From positions 186,001-250,000 of the forward strand of contig JALMLS010000450.1 of assembly GCA_038496445.1 (NCBI GenBank): a stretch of DNA of 64,000 nt, read 5' to 3'. This document shows, piece by piece, positions 1-11,432 of this stretch. The translations under genes were made by a program, and so were the position numbers. The DNA is from Trichosphaerium sp. ATCC 40318. Its lineage: Eukaryota; Protista; Tubulinea. Every line of letters begins with the position of its first letter. Positions within the stretch are counted from its first letter, which is position 1. The notes under the pieces were generated by a model. The model saw only the letters and a list, made by a program, of their open reading frames with translations. It ran no database searches and was not told where the DNA came from.

Positions 1-739
1 TAGCTAATACCTATTGAACATGTAAATACGCCTGTTGGACTTGAAGTGTTAATTTAATTGTTAAATGACCTTATACGGCCTGAATTCGTATATGGCTGTA
101 GTTACTAAACCGTTGGGCGCGTCTGTGCTCATGGTTGTATTAGTTTTGCAAATATAGCTTTGTCATTTAAGTGAACAGCACAGTTTAGTCTTAAGCTTGC
201 ACAGATTTGTAATTAATGTCAGCGAACTTACCAAACGATAAAGTGTATGGCTCTAATATGGCCTTAAATCGTTATTTAATTACAAACACTCACGTGTTGT
301 GACTTATCTGGAGTGCTTCGACAGAACATTAAACTGAGAACCTGTAATGTATATAGCATCTGTTTACGATTCTATGTGTATCAACAAAGCACGTGCATTA
401 TGATTGTTGTTGCTTCTTTTCACTGTTTTTTGACAACAAACAACTCCGACTTGCAAGAAAACAAACTTCTTTTCGGAGTCCAAAAAATTACTATTTCTGT
501 CATCGAATTACATCATCTACTCAAAAAGGGATCTGGGTATGTTCAATTACATTTTGCAAGCTGTTTGCAGTCAACAAATATGGCAAAAAAACTGTTTCAA
601 AAAAAAAGCGTTTAAATATAGTACGCAACCTTAAAAGGAGCTCTAGACGATAAACCATTGCAAACGAAACAATTGGGTGGTATTTGTTTTGGTTTCTAAA
701 TCGGACCCATCTAAACGTTCTGCATTACCCTACTTTGGA

Positions 740-2997
740 ATGATAAACGGGTGTCAGGACAGTTTTAGCGTGTTTTATGTAATATTACTCTTATCCGTTC
801 TCTGCACTCACGTTACATGCCAAAACGCTTGTCAGGCGTATATACACAACTACGGGGGAAGGCCTAGATTATGTGACAGCATAATTGCAAATGGTACATT
901 GATTGCTCTACAAAACAATACAATGGACGCTCTTTACACGTAAGTACTACTCAAAGGACAGCGAGTGCTCATACGCCATTTTTTTTTTTTTAATGAGTAA
1001 TGACTTTGTTTAATTTTTTCAAGAGATCCTTCGCGAATAGAACCCTTTATATCACTTGCATCAGCAGAATGTGTTGAAAATGGAGTGCCTTTCGTATGTG
1101 TATCTTCATTCAATCTATGTGGAACGGCGTCAGGTGCGTCAGACAAGTGCTTTTTTTCCGAGAATGGAAACTGTCTTTGATTTCTTGTTCGTTGCATTCA
1201 AATCGAGCTGATGGAACGTTAGAACCTATAAAACCGTGTGCAGATGATTGCAATATATTTATATCTAGTTGTGAATACGAGCTAAATCTGATAAACCTAC
1301 ATCCAGATTGTAATAGTACAGATTTAGTAAGCCAAATTTGTGATTCAAACACAACAACACCATTCAGTACGTACAAATCCTAGAACTTTTCTATTGTTCT
1401 TACTGTAACCAATAGATGGGTCAATATCTACACAATGTCCAGAACCTCTTTTTTTTGACTCTAGCGCATCAGGTGATGATCTTCAATGTTACACGTGTCC
1501 GCCACCATTTTTGAATAAAAAAAAATGGAAATCATTGAATAATCTTGCAATGTCCATATGTGGTATTGGTGCTGCTTTTCAGCTGTTCTCTCTTATAGTA
1601 GTTTGTACTAATAAATCGTACGTTATACAAAACGCCAACTTCTAGAACTTGCTTATTGTTCTTGAAGCTACTTTACTTTCACCTCACATTTTTGGCTTAT
1701 TTATATTGGTGATTCATTATTTGGCTCTATTCTTGGCATAGTCGCAGGTGGGTTGCAAGACAAGATTATATGTGAAAGTCCAGCTCGCTTGGCAGAGGCT
1801 TTATCTCATTGGCCATGCCTACTACAAGGTAAAGCTTCACTAAAATCAAAGCTCTTGCTCATATTGCTGTAAAGGGTTTTGTATGACATATATGACGACT
1901 CAGATATTTCTATGTTTTACAATGCACTCTGTAACGTTCGTTTATAGCTTACATACTAACAAACAAGCACTTAAAACGATAGATTTACCCATATACTACC
2001 GTATAGTATGTCACTCTAGTATTGAAATAGAATAACTTACGATTGTTTAGTTTTGTCATTGCTGTGTATGGCTCTTACCCCTGGTAACGACAAGTATTAG
2101 CCTTGGTATAGGAGATATACAGGCATCTCCTTTTAGTTGCTTAGGTACGTATATGCCTTAGGATAGTAAGCATCTAATCTTATGTTACATAGCACTCGGG
2201 AAACATACTTGGTTTGTATTTTTAGGGTTTCCTCTTGTACCTGCTTGGTTTATTACAACAGGTTGTTTTGGCTATATTGCTTATACTAGTTTTACAGTAC
2301 AGAACCTCTGCTATGTTGTTGTTTTTTTCTAACCACGTGCATAGCTTGGTCGTAGACGGCAACAACATGAACGTGCAGCTAACAAGATAACAGTGGCCGT
2401 TGTTGCTGTGTTGATAACATTGTGGTTTTCCTTGGTACTTGTTCTTGGGATGAGGATTTGGGTAGATGTTGGTGGTACAGACTTAGTATCAGATGTAACA
2501 ATAGAGTATATACAATGTGTTTATTCAAAACCAATGGAAGAATGTAGTGAAATTCAAGAAAAATCTGGGAGCTATTTCTTAATTTTAGTGTTTGGAGTCA
2601 TTGCTGCTCTTGGAAATGGAGTTATACTCTTTCCTCTGTGGATAATGCAACCGTAAGTGTATTGTGACATATGTATTGTTTGTAGTAGATAGAGTTACTT
2701 ACTTTGACTTGTAGAAAGTTTAGAACATCTGTTAGAGCTTTGTTTGGCATTAAATCTGGTACAACTCAAACGAATGATCATACAAGTGTAAACACAAGGA
2801 GAGCTAGTGCTAGCACCACAAGCGGTTTCTCTAGGAGTATTCCTTCTGTTTCTGGTATTATGAATCAAATCAAAGAAATGGAACCTTTGACACCAGGCAG
2901 GGAGGCGCCGGGTAGTGAGCAAAAGAGTTTTATGATACTTAAAAAGCATGGTAAATTTGAAACTACATCACAAGAGAAACAAACCAAAATTCAATAA
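740..2997 (+). CDS. Frizzled/Smoothened-like (Fsl-type) GPCR with N-terminal cysteine-rich domain, multi-exon
   Basis: Signal peptide (FYVILLLSVLCTHVTC), CRD-type Cys pattern (CQAY..RLCD; ECVENGVPFVCVSSFNLCG; KPCADDCNIFISSC; CPEPL..CYTCPPP), several hydrophobic TM exons, IEYIQCV before the last TM, Ser/Thr-rich tail ending TAA at 2997; GT-AG introns. Confidence 0.8.
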
Positions 2998-3283
2998 CAC
3001 TTAAATGTTGCCTAAAGATAGGCACTTAAAAAAAATGTATAAATAAGTCTGTAAAAAAACCAACCTAGTATTTCCCTTTTTTTACAGGCTTCATGTTGCG
3101 CTAGGTGAGAATTCTGTACATGTTTGTAGTGATACCCTCATTGCCAAAAGTGAGAGATGGTCTTCCTTTAACCTTAGTAAGTGCTTGAAAAAAAAGTGCG
3201 TTAAACAACTTGGTACATGTGAGCCTGACTTAAGTTGTCATCATAGCCTTATAAGCCAGTTTTAGTTTTGTACAACTTTGTCA

Positions 3284-5623
3284 ATGAGAGTGGAAGTACT
3301 TCTTTCGTTTTCGATATGCTTATGGCTAATTGTTGGGGTACGCGCCACGTGACATAAAGTCGGTTAAAAAAAAAAGGTTCAAACGGTACCCAACGCGGAC
3401 AAACCACCTAATATCCTCTATTTAATGTCGGACGATATGAGTACGTGGTATTACTACCTATTACAGTTCTGTTTAACCTGATTCACAATTGATAAGGGCC
3501 AGAATTGGGCTGTTATGGCCATCAATTTATTAAATCGCCAAACATCGACTCTCTTGCTGCCAGTGGTCTTCAGTTCGATTTTGCTTACACCAACTTTGCC
3601 TATTGTGCGCCGTCTAGAAACTCTTTCCTTAGTGGCAGAAGGTGAGTGGACTTTAAAGGATAGCGGGAGCTATTCGAAACAACTTTCTCAAAACTCAACG
3701 TTTTTATTAAAATGTAGACCAGATAGAACACGTGCGTTGAACTTTCTTACTACTTTTCGGGAGCGACCTGGCGGTGAGTTATGGACAGCAATGCCACAAT
3801 TCTTTAAAGAAAAAGGATACTTCACATCGTCAGCAGGTATGAAAATCAAAAACAACGCTCAGTTTTGCTTCGTTCTTATTTTCCTACTTTCAGGTAAGAT
3901 TTATCATGATGGCATGGACGACCCAAAGAGTTGGAGTTATCCAAGTAACCAAACTGAATGGATACAGTGCGGAGAAGGTGATGTAGCAGACCCATTTGAT
4001 AATTATTGCAGTGTCACAAATTCATCGAAAATCACGTAGGCACGCACTTTCAAGGCTACAAATAACTTTATTGAAGGTACACCGACGAAGATCTGACTCT
4101 AGAGGCAGGGTTGAAAAGAATGGAACTGGCTCATAAGTCTGGTACTGTGAAATATTTCCAACTGTAACTAACAACAAATTAGGAAAACCTTGGTGGGTTT
4201 CTATTGGTGTTCACAGACCACACACGAAATTCAGGTACCAGAATGTGAGCGCTTTTCATTTCTTAGATTACATAGACTACCGGAAGGATTTTATGGCCCT
4301 GACCTATATCCAGGCAAGTCATTACGAAATCAGCTAAGTGTCACTAATGATGTTTAAAAAAAGGCGATGTTGTCAAGCCGCCAAAACATCCTGGAGCACC
4401 AATAGTAAGATACCTTGGCGAGTAGTTACTCATTAATACGTTTAATTATAGAACGCCCCTTGGATGTCTGGAAATTGGTATGGAGGGGCTATTCATGATA
4501 AAGCACATGGATGCCCAACTTGTATCATACCTACAAATAGAACCAATAACTATCGGCGATGGTAAACCGTACAATAATTTTTCTTCTCATGTACTCATAG
4601 GTACTACGCTGCTGTCACGTGGGCAGACTATAATCTGGGTATGGCCCTCAAAAAACTTGAGGAATTTGGGGTTCAAGACAATACCATTGTTGTACTCTCT
4701 CTACACGAACCTAAATACTTACGTTGACAAACTACTTGTAGGTTTTCCATTCTGATCACGGATATCAACTTGGGGAGCTAAATGAATGGGCAAAGCAAAC
4801 GGATACAGAGCTAGCAACACATATACCTTTGATTATACGTGTACCTTGGAAGAAAGAATCAATTGGAAAAAGGACAAAAGTTAAAGCTGAACTCATTGAT
4901 ATGTACAAGTACGCGTCGTTCATTGGTTTCCACAGTAGCCTAAATTGCTGACAAAACTGCAACAGGACTTTGGCTGAGCTTACTGGACTCGGTGAAGTAG
5001 AAGAAGGCGTTCAGGGCACCTCTCTTGCTACAGTTTTTGATAATCCTGAGAATCTTCCTTCTGATCTTAAAACTAAACGTGCTTACTCCCAGATTGGCCG
5101 CTGTGGGTGCCAATACTACGCCAAGTACGTACAAAACGAACCATTTTAATAGCAACAAAAGCGGTACAGGTCAGCAAAAAAAGCCCTGACTGACGTTTCG
5201 CTTAGATATCATGTTAAAGAATGTGATCGTGGTGCATGTGCTAAAGTTCCTCTTGGGGAATTTGACTTTATGGGATATACAATGCGGACTAATGATGTAC
5301 GACAGTAACGTCTCTGTAAAGAGAAAAACAAATTAAATCTGGTGCTCACCTTAAAGTCTAGTGGCGTTTTACTAGTTGGGTCGCTTGGGATAATACAACT
5401 ATGAAAGTGGATTGGTCTAAAACTGCAGCAAACGTATGTAATTCATACTGTTGATTGTTTGTTGAAGAACGTATTGTAGGAACTATATGATTTGAGGAAC
5501 GATACTGGACGGAACTTTGATGCTCCAAACTACTCTTTGAACCTTGCAGGAGAACCTCAATATGCCACAATGGTATCTCAGTTTTATGAGGAACTCAAGG
5601 CAGTCGTCAACACATGGTATTAA
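3284..5623 (+). CDS. Secreted/lysosomal sulfatase, iduronate-2-sulfatase-like, multi-exon
   Basis: Spliced translation: signal peptide MRVEVLLSFSICLWLIVG; PPNILYLMSDDMRPELGCYG; SPNIDSLA; formylglycine motif CAPSRNSFLSGRRPD; GKIYH; SIGVHRPH; SDHGYQLGE; ELYDL; stop at 5621-5623. Confidence 0.9.
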
Positions 5624-7643
5624 TGTACTTCAAAAAACAGCTACACTCAAACAGTAGCTTTAAATACAACCAACATTCGAACCCCTAAAAAAATGTCTTT
5701 GACGCAACTTATGATTATACGGTTGTACATTTAATTGTGTACTATGTCCTACCTAATGGTTTTCTATTTGTTGAGATACCCCAAATAATCACGTGACTAA
5801 TCCCACTTTTCGACAAAGAGGTTAAAACAAAAAATGACGAGAAATGTGTTTTTAAGGAAACAGTTACTTATGAAGAGTAATTTGCAAAACTGATCATATA
5901 AGTAGCTTCTACGCAAGTATTCGTAGGAATATTACCCATGTTTGACCTTTTTTAACTCACGGTAACGTATTTGTTTAAAAAGACCGCCAAAAAACGTTAA
6001 TTACTCTTGCCTACGCGATTAATTACGATATTACAGGTTATTGGGCGTAATACAGTTTTTTAACAGTTGATAATCCAAAAAGGCAAGTATACGCAACCAA
6101 AACCGCTCACAACGGCTTGTAGTATAAAGAAAATTTGAGAATTAACACCAGAAAATAGTTCTTTCAAAGCGACAGCGCTTATCACACCAAATACATCTGA
6201 GGGCGTATTAACTGCTGTAAACGTAACGTACGTAGTAGTTTGATGTTGCAGAATGGAGTTTAAATCTCACAAAAGGCTTTTTCCTGAAACCACATTCTTT
6301 TCTTACATTGCGTTTTATTGAGTTTTCAAACATCAAAGTCTTATCTATCAAACGTAGCTTTATTCCGTAAACTTGTTTTTTTAAGTGTTTGAGTACGCTA
6401 AACGCGTAAGTAATTTCAATCTTCCCAGCTAAATTATGTTCATTAGAAAGAACTACTATGTTGTTGTAGTCGCTTGTTTTATAGGCCAAACAAATTTTAA
6501 GGCGAATACCTGAAGGTTAGTTAATTATCATATTTACCTTGATGATACCATGAAAAGTGAGTTTTGTAGGTAGAACTCAAAGCAAAACGCCACGCCTGTG
6601 CCCTTTAGTGCCACTGTACACTCTATCATGTATTATTACTCCCCTGTTTTCCTTTCGTACAAAATTTCTGTCGCGAACTTTTCACGTGGCGTGCAAGGGT
6701 ATTAAAACCGACAGTTCGTACCAGCGGAGTGGCATAAACTGACAGTTTCCTTTTTGGTAACAATACCACCAAAAGCGTAAAGATTCTTGAACAAATTGAG
6801 ATTTTAGTGCAAATTAAGAAAAAGTCCGCTTCATCGGGTTGAAATGTACTATGATTTCCTTTCATGTCCTACAATACACTTTTCAAGTTTTGAACCTCTT
6901 TGTCGTGATTTTTTTATCTCTTTATTTTCGTAACATGTAACCTTTAACTTCACTTGATGGTTACTACTACCGCTCTCTACACCAAAGTTTTTTGCTTTTA
7001 TGAAACCGTAATTGATCTGAATGTGTATTTTGTGTATAAATTTTAAACTTGTTTGGTTGAATGACAACAATTACTGTTTGACCTCGTTAACGTCTTTTTA
7101 CAGTGAAAACTTTCCTCTCAAAGCTACTTTTTTTTTTCGGAGCTTCAAATCGCTGAAATAGGTACTTACGAGACCATCACAGTTATGTACATCAGTGCGC
7201 TATTGAGTTTAATGAGAGTGTAAGTAAATAAAGCGCAACAAATTGTGTACAAATTAAGAGAAAGTCCGATAAACCGTTAACGGCTTAGAATACTCTTATA
7301 CTCATAGTAAAACTATCATCTTTGTGGTTATCTCCCGCTTTATTTTTCTTATCTGGATACAGATAGTTCATGCGTTTTATTGTGAGGTATAGAATTACAT
7401 TCTTGTGTTACCCATCGGGTTTGTTTGGTGATAGAAAGCTAGTGGGAATTCCTAAACTCCATTCACACTTTTTGAGAAAAAAGAAAAGTTCAGTGATTAA
7501 CTATTTCTATCAAGGTAAAATGAGCAACTCTGATAGTGTCGATGATATCAAACGTACGTGAAATCTGATATTATCTCCTGTAAATCTTGATGAAAAAACC
7601 ATAATTTCTCAATCCACAGCACCAACGCAACTAATCATCAAAA

Positions 7644-10109
7644 ATGGCAGACCTTGGAAAAAACGACTTGATGCAATTCAACATGGACGCCCTGAAGAAG
7701 ATGGCAAGGACTATGCGCATTCACCAAGGCTATAAAATGAATAAAATACCTTTGGTTGAGGCTATATATGCCTATACACGTACGTACTGGTATCTGCAAC
7801 TTCGCACTTGAAACCTCAAGTGATTTCAACTTTTTTTTAAGTTATCAAATTTTTTGTTCAAATTCTAGTAACTAGCTTTACGAAAAACTTTTTGCTTATT
7901 TCAACTCGTTTAGACCCCGAGAATGAGTCGCCAAAACAAAAATGCCTCAGGCACAATGATCAATTGGCAAACGAATCAATTGATCTGAAACAAATTTTAA
8001 AACATATGAATGATACCTTGCAACAACACACCCAAGAGTTACACATAAACAAACAAGAATTACAGAAGACTCAGACTGAGTTACAAAACAACAAGAAGGA
8101 GTTACAGAAGGCAAAAAATCGTGAAAAAAAGCGAGATCGGGAGCTTTCAAATGTGAAAACGAAAGTAAAAAGGCAAAAAATTGAAGCCGAAGCAACTAAA
8201 AAAGAAGCCGAAGCAACTAAAAAAGCAGCCGAAGCAACTAAAAAAGCAGCCGAAGCAACTAAAAAAGCAGTCGATTACATGAACATTAATTTGCTCATGC
8301 TGTACATAGAATTAGGAAGCTATGGTCGTGACGTTACATGCTCAAAGTTTACAGATCACAGTACGTTTCATGTTCCTTTTTTTTTTTGTAAAGTCATTTT
8401 TCACTCATTTCTTTTAGGTTACGACCAGTACGGTAGTGTGATTGCTAAGGTAATCGAGCGGTTTAAAATTACCTTTCCAGATGTTGCTCCTCCGGCTGTT
8501 TTCATGGCGTTGCTGAAAAAAGGCAGAAAGCAAGAGTGGAAAAATGAAGACGCCTTTACAAACGCAGTTGCTACCATTTTCGAGAAGTTCAAACTTAATC
8601 ACTTGAGTGTATACAATACACATAAAATACTTTTGACAGGGCCTGGTGCTGATGGAAAGAAGACCAAGCCTGATCTATCGATTCTGCCAAAGTCTGTCGT
8701 AGTATCAGAAAAAAATACAATGAAGCTGTACCATTTGATAGCTGTGTGGGAAATGAAGTCCGGCCGTACGTAACTTCTCTACCTTTCTTCTCTTGTTTTT
8801 ATATTTATTTGTTTATTAGGTGACAACACCTTCAAATCCAAGCACATTGGACAGACGTTTTACTACCTCAACCAAGTAATGCTCGTCCAAAAAACGAGAC
8901 AGGTCGCATATGGTATTCTAATGAACTACAAACGCGTAATGATTCTCAAGTTGGAGATGGATCCTCAAAGCCCTTCAAGTCAAAAGTACTACAAGTACGG
9001 GCCGTACAATCTAAACGGCAAAGGTGGAAGAGTGCTATTTGGCTTGCTCTCTCAGAGCCCCGAAGCTCTCGGCCATGATGTTCGATCTTTTAAGATCAAC
9101 AACAAAATGTGTGTTGCTCACTCAGTGTTGGGCGTTGGTGCAACTGCCACAGCGTATTCCGTCCCTGTTAAAAGAGGTAAAGAGATAGTCGTAGTCGCTG
9201 TAAAAGACTTTGGGGAAGCTAGTCCTCACAAGGCAGCCATGGAGCGAGAGATCAAGTTTTTGAAAAAATTGCAAGGTGTGAATGGTGTTCCAAAGCTGGT
9301 ACGTTTTTCATTTCGTCTTTTTTATTTTCGCATATAAGTTCATCTACTTACTGCTTCTTGCCACAGATACAGGCTACAAAGAACATAATAGTAACAGAAC
9401 CTGTTGGCGTTAAAATACGCAAGTTCAGGGATATTGAAGATATTCCAAAGTTCTTTGAAGGCCTTGTAACTATTCTAAAGGAGGCACATAAGCGGAGAGT
9501 AATTCACAGGTTCGTTTATAAAATTCTTTACTCATAATTTTTCAGTCCTCGGTTTTTTTATCACGTGACCTTTCGTATTCTTACTATTTTCTTAGAGACA
9601 TTTCAGTGTCAAATATTGTTATCAACAATGTCACTAAAGAGCCTTTACTGATAGATTGGGGCTCTGCTGTGGTTTATGGCGCTCCTGTGGCCGTTGAAGG
9701 AGGGCTAAAATTTGCCGACTTTAAACTGCTACAAGATTTAGGGCCTGATACAATACATATGTATGGGCCTTCGGATGACCTGCTCAATTTGGTCTATGTT
9801 ATGGCATACCTAAACATCACTTATCCTGAAGAACGACTCGCTATAGACAAAGCTTATGCTAGTTGGTTGGAGGAAGCTACAAGTACGCCAATAAACGAAA
9901 AACGGGAGGAAGAGTTGCGATATCACCTTCTTGATACGAGAGCAAAAGCAACGCCGCGCTTGTGGACAAGATGCATTGGGTATGCGAAGAGAGAAAATTA
10001 CGACAAGCTTATAGAAGAGTTTGTTTATCTTTTTTCTGGAGTGGCTACCACTTGTGAGGTTTGTAAAGGTTTTGGTCCTAATTGTGATTGTATGGATATC
10101 GATAGCTGA
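7644..10109 (+). CDS. Crinkler-like protein: Rho_N/HeH-like N-terminus + coiled coil + PD-(D/E)xK restriction-endonuclease-fold domain + atypical protein kinase
   Basis: Exon 1 MADLGKNDLMQFNMDALKKMARTMRIHQGYKMNKIPLVEAIYAY; coiled coil; KPDLSI...AVWEMK and HIGQTFYY (REase motifs); LGVGATATAY, VAVK, EREIKFL, IVTEPVG, IHR|DISVSNI, LIDWGSA (kinase); C-terminal CxxC..CxC. Confidence 0.8.
8186..8269 (+). repeat. Four tandem 21-bp coding repeats (AEATKK[E/A]) in the coiled coil
   Basis: gccgaagcaactaaaaaag(a/c)a x4, read directly. Confidence 0.95.
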
Positions 10110-10346
10110 TTGGAATAAAACAGTTTTACTTAATTTTTTTGTCAGTTTCATTGCTACTAACTACATTGTGAAGTTATTTTACAAGGTATTGATTCTCATG
10201 TTCACGTTTCATGTAAGTTCAGATAGCTACTTTCACAATTCGTATTTATAATAGTGAGACGTTCAGAAGCTTGCGGCATCATAATAGATAAATATTAAGT
10301 CAAGGAAAGTAGTATTATCCAAGTAAAACAACGTACAGACACGCAC

Positions 10347-11222
10347 ATGTGGTACACAAAAAATCTAGTTGTGGTATTAGGCTTGATTTATGTATGCTCA
10401 GCCCAATTTTGCCCACAAGGTACTCCATTTCGTGAGGTGGATCATGTCCTACTTGGTATTGCGTCCGAAAAGGAGGCTGAGGTAGTTTATAACCTTTTAA
10501 TAAACAAACTGAAGCTACCAGCCGCATGGCCTTTCTACTCTGATCAAGGATTATACTCTGGCGGTGTAAGCGTAGGCAATATCAATATCGAGACGATAAA
10601 GTATACTGGCATCGGATTTGAACCTTGCGGGAGCTTTAACGACACAGTGGCCACCTTAGAGACGCGTGGGATAAGCCTACAAGTGCTTCCTTCAGCTCCA
10701 GGACCATATGGATTCGATAACGTTGCATTAACAGCTATTACAAGCCCAGACTACACGACGCTATTCTTTGGATGCAAATATCACTTCAATGAGATGTCTA
10801 GAAGAGAATTTCTTTGGCAAAAGCTTCTTGAAGGTCCTAACCCTCTAGACATACAATATGCAGAGCGTGTTGTGTATGGCTTACCTCAAGACCAATTAAA
10901 AACAGCATTGGAGCAAATGGAACTACTCTTTGCTCCGCTTTCCCCAAAATACACGAACAATGATACAATGTACGCTCTGAATACTGGGAGTGCAGGTCCT
11001 TCACTATACGTCACTCAAAGTGAAAGCTATGGGCTTCAAGAGGTGTGGCTTGTGACAAGCAACTATTCAAAAGCTATGGCTGAAATGAAGAATCTTGATC
11101 TGTTGGGTTATGTTGATGAAGGAAACTGTTGTACAACCCTTAAAGTACCTACTTCAGTGTCTCTTAAAATATGTGCAAAACGATCATTAATGCTCCCAGA
11201 GAGCACAGCATGTCCAAATTAA
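10347..11222 (+). CDS. Intronless secreted VOC/glyoxalase-like protein, bacterial-like
   Basis: Single 291-aa ORF; signal peptide; VDHVLL...KLKLPAAWPF...SGGVSVGNINIE...GIGFEP resembles bacterial VOC/Glyoxalase_3-like proteins; AATAAA downstream. Confidence 0.6.
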   Translation: MWYTKNLVVVLGLIYVCSAQFCPQGTPFREVDHVLLGIASEKEAEVVYNLLINKLKLPAAWPFYSDQGLYSGGVSVGNINIETIKYTGIGFEPCGSFNDTVATLETRGISLQVLPSAPGPYGFDNVALTAITSPDYTTLFFGCKYHFNEMSRREFLWQKLLEGPNPLDIQYAERVVYGLPQDQLKTALEQMELLFAPLSPKYTNNDTMYALNTGSAGPSLYVTQSESYGLQEVWLVTSNYSKAMAEMKNLDLLGYVDEGNCCTTLKVPTSVSLKICAKRSLMLPESTACPN

Positions 11223-11432
11223 TATTAATGGAACCTTAACAATAAACAAACGCCAAGAGCACAAACAAGTGTAGACTGCTCTATTTATTACTGTTATGCA
11301 AGCGAATACGGGTACACAGTAAACAGTGGTTTAAACAAAATGAACTCATAAATATCTATGTAACAATGCAATGCATCACATGGTTATGTAAGTGAGTTTT
11401 CTGACAAGAATTATTTATTCCGGACACAGAAA

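Noticed and set aside
5700-7500. Short ORFs (for example 6208-6489, 6849-7070) in the long intergenic stretch
   Set aside because: No recognisable motifs or consistent exon chain.
7520-7620. Upstream ATG (MSNSDSVDDIK) as start of the Crinkler-like gene
   Set aside because: Splicing to the nearest acceptor leads to a stop; ATG 7644 gives a frame that splices correctly. It could be a uORF.
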